A stretch of DNA of 20,000 nucleotides from an uncultured virus (IMG/VR IMGVR_UViG_3300025880_000013) (taxonomy: Duplodnaviria > Heunggongvirae > Uroviricota > Caudoviricetes): IMG/VR virus record IMGVR_UViG_3300025880_000013. One strand, given 5' to 3'. Position 1 is the first letter of the stretch. Each line of letters starts with the position of its first letter. Below, in pieces: positions 8,506 to 15,661 of the stretch. Below the pieces are notes generated by a model. The model saw only the letters and a program-made list of their open reading frames with translations, was not told where the DNA came from and ran no database searches. Both the position numbers and the translations under genes were made by a program.

Positions 8506-9153
8506 ATGCCAGAAGATAAGAAAAGTATTAAATCACAAGCTGAAGATATTAGAAAAGAATTAGACGATTTGATTGGGAATAATAATCCTATTCAATCTGC
8601 TATAGAGACTGATCCGGAATTACCGGCGAAAAGAGATCTTCCAGCCAGAATGTCTTACTCTGAATTAAAAACAAGTGCCAGTAAAAAAGCAACAAAAACT
8701 ATTACTAGTTTAATGAAGTTTTATCTGGACGAGGATATAATTGAGAGAGATGAATATATTGTTGCTAAAAAGAAAATAGATGAGATGACAATGTCTTCTT
8801 TAATCTATCAATTACAGGCAGGTGAAAGGGCCTTAACTACTTTATTGGAAACAATCGAAGACGGTGAAATTGCCCCTAGAATGTTTGAAGTTCTTGCAAC
8901 TCTACAAAAATCAATGTTAGACATTATTAAATCGCAAACCATGTATTTAATGGCAGCTGAAGAAGGTGCTAAAAGAATGGCAAGAGACATTGAATTATAT
9001 AAAAAGAGAGATGACGCTCAAGTTATTAGTGAAGCATCTGGAGGAGCTCCAGCAGGAGATACTGTTCAAAGAGGAACAAAAGACCTGATGAGAATGATTC
9101 AAAACGGAATTCAAGAAGATCAAATAGAAGACGCTGAAATTACAGAAGAATAA
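8506..9153 (+). CDS. Terminase small subunit (T4 gp16-like)
   Basis: PRMFEVLATLQK and GTKDLMRMI resemble gp16 motifs; immediately precedes the large subunit. Confidence 0.75.
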   Translation: MPEDKKSIKSQAEDIRKELDDLIGNNNPIQSAIETDPELPAKRDLPARMSYSELKTSASKKATKTITSLMKFYLDEDIIERDEYIVAKKKIDEMTMSSLIYQLQAGERALTTLLETIEDGEIAPRMFEVLATLQKSMLDIIKSQTMYLMAAEEGAKRMARDIELYKKRDDAQVISEASGGAPAGDTVQRGTKDLMRMIQNGIQEDQIEDAEITEE

Positions 9154-9155
9154 CA

Positions 9156-10982
9156 ATGGGAGATTACGTAGGAGATAATAGATGGATTCCACAGGGTCAA
9201 TCTGCTGACGATGCAGCTAAACTGATATGGTCAACAAAATCGATCAATGAGTTAATGTTAGCATTAGATCAAGGATATCGACCTTCAGTTCCTATGCCTT
9301 TTTATGAAGGTAAGCAATTTTTACGTAGAGGTAATATTGTATTTGACTACACCGATCAAGAGATTACAGAATTAGCTAAATGCGCAAATGATATTGTGTA
9401 CTTCGCGGAAAGATATGCAGTTGTAATGACTGATAATGGAGTCCAACAGGTAAAACTTAGAGATTATCAAAAGGAAATGTTAAGAGATTTCCAAAATAAT
9501 AGATTTAATATAGTATTGGCTTCTCGCCAAATGGGTAAAACCGTAACGGCATCTATATTTAATGCATGGTACCTTACATTTAACTATGATAAAACCACAT
9601 TACTATTAGCCAATAAATCAGAATCAACAAAAGAAATTATAGATAAAGCAAAGGTTGTAATCGAGAACTTACCGTTCTTTATGAAGCCCGGAATTATTAA
9701 GTATGATGTTATGAATGTACGTTCAGACAATGGATGTCGTTTAGTAGGTCAATCAACTACAGCAAAATCAGGTATTGGTTTTACGATTCATAATTTATAC
9801 CTTGATGAGTTTGCCCACATCCACCCAACAATCGTGGATTCATTTTATGAAAACGTATACCCAACACTCTCAGCTTCAAAAATATCGAGAATTAACATCA
9901 CGTCAACTCCAAATGGTTTTAACAAGTTCTACGAAATATACGCTGACGCAGAGAAACAAAATAATGAATATAAGGCGACCAGAATAGATTGGTGGCAACA
10001 TCCAGACCGCGACGACGCATGGTATAAAAGAGAACTTGGAAACTTAGGTTCTGAAGATGCATTTAATAGACAATATGGAAATGAATTTACAAGTTCATCA
10101 ACTCTATTATTAAGTCCAGGTACGATGAAAAATATGAGATCTAATTCAAAGAAATTTGAATGGTATGACTTTGAAGAATTCGATAATGTTCATATAGATA
10201 CTAAAGGTTATTTAGGATTTGATCCAGAATTTGAAGTTGAAAACGCTGGAGCATCTGATAAATATTATGTATTTTCAGTAGATATTGCTGAAGGAAACGG
10301 TGGAGACGATTCAGTTATTAATATTTTTGAAGTTGTACCAATGACACATGATGAAATAGAAAATACTATTAGCCCAGGTGCAATGTATGATTTCTTTAAA
10401 TTGAATCAAGTTGGTATGTTTAGTAGTAATGAACATCCGATTGAAGAGTTTGCAAAAATACTATACACTCTCGCCTTAGATATATTTAATTCAGAGAATA
10501 CAAAAATGATTATTGAATACAATACATACGGAAGTATATTGATTCAATATTTAAGTACAGTATTTCCAGGACGTAATGATTTTGAAGATGAGATGCTATT
10601 AAGATTTAAACACAGACACGACTCTAGAACCTTGAAACCAGGGATCAGATTAAAGAGTGATAACAAATCTGTATTTTGTCAGAACCTTAAGAAACAATTA
10701 GAAACTAATAGAATGAAAATCAACGATGTTGAGACAGTTCATGAAGCAAGTTTATTTGGAGTATTAAAGAATAGTAGTTACGGAGCTCAAATGGGTAAAG
10801 ATGATAAAATCATGACATGTGTTACGGTGACTGAATTTTTTGGCACAACAGATTACGCAGATTACGTCGAGGAATTGTTAGATATTATTCCAGAAGAAAC
10901 AGTTAAACATATGGAAAAAATCTTATATAAAGAAAGTGATGTACAAGGAGATTTACAGTTTGATATTTACGATTTACTGTAA
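9156..10982 (+). CDS. terL: Terminase large subunit (T4 gp17-like)
   Basis: LRDYQ, Walker A SRQMGKT, Walker B LYLDEFA, ITSTPNG, nuclease VDIAEGNGGDDS, IEYN, KDDKIM. Confidence 0.96.
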   Translation: MGDYVGDNRWIPQGQSADDAAKLIWSTKSINELMLALDQGYRPSVPMPFYEGKQFLRRGNIVFDYTDQEITELAKCANDIVYFAERYAVVMTDNGVQQVKLRDYQKEMLRDFQNNRFNIVLASRQMGKTVTASIFNAWYLTFNYDKTTLLLANKSESTKEIIDKAKVVIENLPFFMKPGIIKYDVMNVRSDNGCRLVGQSTTAKSGIGFTIHNLYLDEFAHIHPTIVDSFYENVYPTLSASKISRINITSTPNGFNKFYEIYADAEKQNNEYKATRIDWWQHPDRDDAWYKRELGNLGSEDAFNRQYGNEFTSSSTLLLSPGTMKNMRSNSKKFEWYDFEEFDNVHIDTKGYLGFDPEFEVENAGASDKYYVFSVDIAEGNGGDDSVINIFEVVPMTHDEIENTISPGAMYDFFKLNQVGMFSSNEHPIEEFAKILYTLALDIFNSENTKMIIEYNTYGSILIQYLSTVFPGRNDFEDEMLLRFKHRHDSRTLKPGIRLKSDNKSVFCQNLKKQLETNRMKINDVETVHEASLFGVLKNSSYGAQMGKDDKIMTCVTVTEFFGTTDYADYVEELLDIIPEETVKHMEKILYKESDVQGDLQFDIYDLL

Positions 10983-11000
10983 TATCCACCAGATAATAAA

Positions 11001-11008
11001 GATATATA
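11001..11008 (+). promoter_or_regulatory. Putative late promoter GATATATA
   Basis: Intergenic, 30 nt before the sheath ATG. Confidence 0.65.
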
Positions 11009-11038
11009 ATAAAAGAAAAAAAACAAAAATATAATACT

Positions 11039-13567
11039 ATGGCACTAAGTCCTAATTTATTACAATTTAAATCAAGTGGAGTATACCGTTTAGAATTTGA
11101 CAAGTCTCAGACTGCAGATATTAACGTTGAAACACTTAGATTAGTTACAGGTCACTCAAGAAAAGGACCTTATAACACACCAGTTTTAATTTCAAGCGTT
11201 GAAGATTTTACTAACGTATTCGGATCGATTGATAAAAAACTAGAAAAGAAAGGAATGTTCTTCCACAGATCAGCTTTAGAAGCTCTTTCAAGAGGACCAA
11301 TCTTAGCTTTAAACTTAAACAAATTCGACGAAGATGATAAATCATTTTTTGCATCTCCAGTAACTAACGGTTCTGTTGATTCAATCGTAGCAGCTGATGG
11401 ATCTAAAGAATATTCAAAGTTTTTCAATACTGATAAATTCGCAGTACCATCTGATGAAGCAGTTTTAGACGAACTTACAGTAGACTCAGATCACTTATTC
11501 CATTTTGTTAATATCAAACAAAACGGTATCACTGTTATCGTTAGACAAGCACAAGATGTTAAAGAATTTCAAATCATCGCAAGAGAATGGTATGGAGAAG
11601 GTAATGTACCAGAATTCATGAATGACTTTGATTATGTATCAGATTACATGGTTGATGTATTTGTATTCAAAGGAGAATTTGATGCAGCTAAAATGCAAAA
11701 TGATCCAGTATATGGAGAATACTTTAACGAGAATGGATTAAACAAAGAATTATTAGGTCAGTTCGCTAACTTAAGACAAGTTAATTTAGAAGCGCAATAC
11801 ACCGGATCTTTAATCCCAGGATTTAAAGATTTAGAAGGAAGAAGCTTATACATTGAATCAATGATTAACAATGAGGCAAGAAAAACAGGTTTATTCTGTG
11901 CGATTGATGAAGATAAAGTATTAGAAGGAGATGTAGACTTAGTAGGTCACTCGTATGATGCTGATCAAGATTATCAATTACTATCACACACGGTAGGTCA
12001 AACTGTCGTAGCAACCCCAGTAGTATTACCAGACACTAAAACAACAACAGTAGTTGGACCAGTATTAACATTAGATTATGATGCAAACGGAGATTTAACA
12101 GCCGGTTATTTCTTAGCAGGAGCAACCTCTGGAGAATACGTTGAAATCTTATCATCAGTATATGCAGCTGGAGTAACAACAGTAACATGTGACGGCGATA
12201 TTAACGCATCGTACGGCGGTTTAACTGGAGTAGCAGCTACACCTACAGTAACTGCAATATCTTTTGACAAATTTGCGGTTTCTCAATCAAGAGTAATTGC
12301 AGAAGAATTTACAGGAGCTACTTACGCTGCTGCAGGTTCTTTATTTACTTTAACTTATGCAACTGCACCAGATTCTATCAGCATTTCAGCTGGAGATTAT
12401 GTACAAGCAGACGCAGCCGGTAGATTAGCTAAAGTTAAAAGAATTGCTAAAGACGGAAACGTTTATCAAGTATACTGTGATGTTACAGTTCAATCAACAT
12501 GGGCTGGAGAATATGTAAAATCTTTTGAAAATGCATCGTCACACTACAAGACATTCCCATTATCAGGAGCAGTATTAAAAGAACAAACTATCAAATCAGC
12601 ACTAGATGCAGTAAGAGGAGGAACAGGATTACATATCGGATTAATTGATAAAGATTTAATCGACTTTAGATATGTTGTTGATACTTTCACATCTTTCGAT
12701 GCATTAGATGGTTTACAAAATAAATCACAATTAGCAGAATTAGCAAAAGCAAGACAAAATGCATCTGCTATTTTAAATGCACCTACAGTTGCAGATTTTA
12801 AGAAATCAACTAACCCATCGTTCACAAACGCTGACGGAGAATTTAAAGTAGAATACATTGCACAAGGAGGAAACTTAGATAAAAATCCAACAAAAACATA
12901 CTTCCTACCAGGAATCACAGAAGGAGCAAATTACGCATTCTACTACGGACCAGGTTTATTAGTATCAGATAACGGAAAAGATTTAATCGTTCCACCAGCA
13001 GCTAATGTATCAAACAATTTCTTAGACAAATACACAAGCGCTCAACCATGGTCGATCGTTGCAGGTCCAAGAAGAGGAGTTGTAGGAGGATCAGGATTAA
13101 AAGGAGCAGAATATGCTTTTGATAAATCTGATAGAGATGTATTAGAGCCTTTCGGAATCAATCCAATTGTATTCCAAAGAGGAGTAGGTCTTACGATCTT
13201 AGGAAATAAAACGGCACAACAGTCTGTTAAATCAGCGCTTTCTTCAGCTCACGTTAGAGAAGCTCTTATTTACATTCAAGATGGTATCGCAGATATTCTT
13301 AAAGGATACGTATTTGAATTTAACAATACACAAACTAGATTAGAAATCAAAACTTTAGCAGATTCATTTATGGAATCAGTAAAAGCAGACGGTGGAGTTT
13401 ATGAATTCAAAAATGTTATGGATCAATCAAACAACACTGATGACGTAATTGATAACAACTTCGGTATTATAGATACTTATGTTGAGCCAGTTAAAGGATT
13501 AGAAATAGTTGTACATAGAACTACAGTTTTAAATACTGGTGAAATTTCAACAGGGAACTTTAGTTAA
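11039..13567 (+). CDS. Contractile tail sheath protein (T4 gp18-like)
   Basis: SSGVYRLEFD, KGPYNTPVLI..F..VFG, PWSIVAGPRRG, GINPIVF, GNKT, SALSSAHVR, FEFNN, DTYVEP. Confidence 0.95.
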   Translation: MALSPNLLQFKSSGVYRLEFDKSQTADINVETLRLVTGHSRKGPYNTPVLISSVEDFTNVFGSIDKKLEKKGMFFHRSALEALSRGPILALNLNKFDEDDKSFFASPVTNGSVDSIVAADGSKEYSKFFNTDKFAVPSDEAVLDELTVDSDHLFHFVNIKQNGITVIVRQAQDVKEFQIIAREWYGEGNVPEFMNDFDYVSDYMVDVFVFKGEFDAAKMQNDPVYGEYFNENGLNKELLGQFANLRQVNLEAQYTGSLIPGFKDLEGRSLYIESMINNEARKTGLFCAIDEDKVLEGDVDLVGHSYDADQDYQLLSHTVGQTVVATPVVLPDTKTTTVVGPVLTLDYDANGDLTAGYFLAGATSGEYVEILSSVYAAGVTTVTCDGDINASYGGLTGVAATPTVTAISFDKFAVSQSRVIAEEFTGATYAAAGSLFTLTYATAPDSISISAGDYVQADAAGRLAKVKRIAKDGNVYQVYCDVTVQSTWAGEYVKSFENASSHYKTFPLSGAVLKEQTIKSALDAVRGGTGLHIGLIDKDLIDFRYVVDTFTSFDALDGLQNKSQLAELAKARQNASAILNAPTVADFKKSTNPSFTNADGEFKVEYIAQGGNLDKNPTKTYFLPGITEGANYAFYYGPGLLVSDNGKDLIVPPAANVSNNFLDKYTSAQPWSIVAGPRRGVVGGSGLKGAEYAFDKSDRDVLEPFGINPIVFQRGVGLTILGNKTAQQSVKSALSSAHVREALIYIQDGIADILKGYVFEFNNTQTRLEIKTLADSFMESVKADGGVYEFKNVMDQSNNTDDVIDNNFGIIDTYVEPVKGLEIVVHRTTVLNTGEISTGNFS

Positions 13568-13570
13568 TCA

Positions 13571-13578
13571 GATATATA
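13571..13578 (+). promoter_or_regulatory. Putative late promoter GATATATA
   Basis: Intergenic, 22 nt before the tube ATG. Confidence 0.65.
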
Positions 13579-13600
13579 AAAAAATAAAAACAATATAAAA

Positions 13601-14155
13601 ATGGCTTTACCACATTATTCACAAGATCAAACTAGCAGAAGCGGTAGACAATTCGAACCAGTTCAAGCGAACTTATTTGAAGTAACGATTTTACCTCCAG
13701 CAGGAGTAGCGGACGCACCGTTAATGATTCAACATGTAAACTCTATTTCAGGTTTAGAATTGTATAAACCAGTTGCTGCAGTTGAGCAAAAATACAAATT
13801 TTCAACACGTTCATTCGCAGGAATGCCAGATGCAACTACATTAGAAGTTGGTATTAATTTCTCATTAAATTTAAACGATGCTAATCAAGCATACCTTTAC
13901 AAAGCAATGAGACAATGGTACAATAACCAGTATGATCCTCAAACAGGACAAATGGGACTTAAAAAAGATTACGTAGGTACTATCGTTGTTGTACAGTTCA
14001 ATAGAGCTGGAGACATTTATAGAACAGTAACTTTAGAAGATTGTTTCATTACTTCTGGTTTACCTTTCACTAACGATTTAAGTTATGAAACTACCGAAGC
14101 CCAGGCTTTAGAAGTTACATGGAGATGTGATACGTTTAAAGAGGTTTTAGCTTAG
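13601..14155 (+). CDS. Tail tube protein (T4 gp19-like)
   Basis: 184 aa directly after sheath; NLFEV, QWY...DPQTG...KDY..TI, LEDCF, LSY, VTWRCD pattern. Confidence 0.88.
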   Translation: MALPHYSQDQTSRSGRQFEPVQANLFEVTILPPAGVADAPLMIQHVNSISGLELYKPVAAVEQKYKFSTRSFAGMPDATTLEVGINFSLNLNDANQAYLYKAMRQWYNNQYDPQTGQMGLKKDYVGTIVVVQFNRAGDIYRTVTLEDCFITSGLPFTNDLSYETTEAQALEVTWRCDTFKEVLA

Positions 14156-14167
14156 TAGATACTTTAT

Positions 14168-14204
14168 AATAGGGGATTCCTGAAAAAAGGTTTCCCCTAT
14201 TTTT
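14168..14204 (+). terminator. Rho-independent terminator after tail tube
   Basis: ATAGGGGA-TT-CCT gaaaaa AGG-TT-TCCCCTAT stem-loop plus T run. Confidence 0.8.
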
Positions 14205-14205
14205 A

Positions 14206-14235
14206 TGAAACAAAAATATAATATGTTGATATAAT
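14206..14235 (+). promoter_or_regulatory. Putative promoter TGAAAC-N18-TATAAT
   Basis: Immediately after the terminator, 8 nt before ATG 14244. Confidence 0.6.
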
Positions 14236-14243
14236 AATAACAA

Positions 14244-14459
14244 ATGGATAAACTGACAAAAAAGTTACAAGTTCTTCTATCTGAAGGTGAAGTAACATCA
14301 ATAAACAGGATTATCTTAAATGAAGCAATTGAAAACGGAGAAAGACCAGTATCGATATCAGCATTCATTAGAGATATAATCCGCAAAGAAATTGATCTGA
14401 AAGCAGATTCAATAGTAGAATGGAATAAAGATAATATTAAGAAACTTAAAAAGAAGTAA
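14244..14459 (+). CDS. Small ribbon-helix-helix-like DNA-binding protein
   Basis: KKLQVLLS strand, a helix, then SISAFIRDII helix typical of RHH/CopG. Confidence 0.55.
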   Translation: MDKLTKKLQVLLSEGEVTSINRIILNEAIENGERPVSISAFIRDIIRKEIDLKADSIVEWNKDNIKKLKKK

Positions 14460-14462
14460 TAA

Positions 14463-15407
14463 ATGAGCGATCAACAGCAAGACGAAGTAAACTTAAACGA
14501 TGCTTATAAAAACATCGTAGAAAATCAAGAAAATCCTAAGCCATCAGATCTAGGATCAGTTAACATGGATAAGTTTAAACAACAGGAAGCACAGGATGCA
14601 GATATTGTTTTAGGTTATCATGCAATTCCAGTTAATTCTTTACCATCAGCTGGTATGTTTTACCCTGAAGGAACTGAATTACATATCAGATCAGCAAAAG
14701 TTGCTGAAATTAGACATTTTTCGACAATGGATGAAAACAATATATTAGATGTTGATGAAAAATTAAACTCTATATTAGAATCATGTACAAGAGTTACTAG
14801 TAATAAAAAAAGAATGTCATATAAAGATCTTCTAGAAGAAGATAGATTCTTTTTAATTCTTTCAATTAGAGATCTAACGTTCCCTGAACCAGAATCTCAA
14901 TTATCAGTAGATCATGTTGATAAAAATGGAGAAACTCATAAAATAGAAATATCTAAAGATAATTTTACATATTTTAAAGTTCCAGAAAATCTAGACAAAT
15001 ATTATGATAGAGAAGAAAGAACTTTCTTAATTGAAACAAAATCTTTTGGAACATTAAAAATGGCTCCACCGACGATTGGTATCATGCAGCGAATGACAGC
15101 ATATATTAAAGACCGTCAAGATAAAAAATTAAAAGTTGATCAATCGGTTTTACAGATTATGCCATATTTAATTTCTGAATGGAGAGGTTTTACTGAAAGT
15201 GAAATTTTCAAATTTGAAATTGAAATGAACAGCTGGTCAAACAAGAAATATAGTTTAATTTATAAATTAGCAGAACAGATGAAGGTTGGTATTAAACCTG
15301 ATATGAATGTGCAAATAGGGGATGATTGGGAGGACGTCCCTATTGGGTTTCGCGACGGAATCAAGTCTCTTTTCATTGTTCAAGATATCACTGGAGAACT
15401 TCTTTAA
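14463..15407 (+). CDS. T4 gp26-like baseplate hub / tail assembly chaperone (G-like)
   Basis: LPSAGMFYP, DLLEEDRFFLILSIRDLTF motifs of gp26-like proteins; lies between tube and tape measure. Confidence 0.65.
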   Translation: MSDQQQDEVNLNDAYKNIVENQENPKPSDLGSVNMDKFKQQEAQDADIVLGYHAIPVNSLPSAGMFYPEGTELHIRSAKVAEIRHFSTMDENNILDVDEKLNSILESCTRVTSNKKRMSYKDLLEEDRFFLILSIRDLTFPEPESQLSVDHVDKNGETHKIEISKDNFTYFKVPENLDKYYDREERTFLIETKSFGTLKMAPPTIGIMQRMTAYIKDRQDKKLKVDQSVLQIMPYLISEWRGFTESEIFKFEIEMNSWSNKKYSLIYKLAEQMKVGIKPDMNVQIGDDWEDVPIGFRDGIKSLFIVQDITGELL

Positions 15408-15624
15408 AACAAAGTTCTATATTTATAAACACTTACATTTGCAACCTAGCGAACTGGAAGCAATGGAGTACTATGAATTTCACTACTTAGTTAAAGATCT
15501 TTTAGAATTTTTACAGAAAGAGAATGACGCAAATTCTGATCAACAAGATCAGACGGGTAAGGCAATGTCAGGTATGAAGATGCCTAATGTAAAAATGCCT
15601 AATATAAAGATGCCAAAGATGTAG
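15322..15624 (+). CDS. T4 gp51-like ORF; possibly expressed as a frameshift extension (GT-like) of the upstream gene
   Basis: SLENFFKTKF...HL..SELEAMEYYE resembles gp51; overlaps the upstream ORF by 86 nt in the +1 frame; start uncertain. Confidence 0.6.
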   Translation: MIGRTSLLGFATESSLFSLFKISLENFFKTKFYIYKHLHLQPSELEAMEYYEFHYLVKDLLEFLQKENDANSDQQDQTGKAMSGMKMPNVKMPNIKMPKM

Positions 15625-15631
15625 ATATATA
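15624..15631 (+). promoter_or_regulatory. Putative late promoter GATATATA
   Basis: 30 nt before the tape-measure ATG. Confidence 0.6.
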
Positions 15632-15661
15632 CTCTATATTTTAAAACATATAAGTGTATTA

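Noticed and set aside
9156..10982. Intein or intron in terminase
   Set aside because: 608 aa continuous ORF of normal gp17 size with no splicing motifs seen
2335..12918. Small nested ORFs (2335, 8808, 8995, 9775, 10903, 11170, 12544)
   Set aside because: Overlap well-supported genes; no motifs of their own
15345..15351. GGGTTTC as a canonical -1 slippery heptamer
   Set aside because: Not in X XXY YYZ phase relative to ORF1, and the downstream ORF is in the +1 frame
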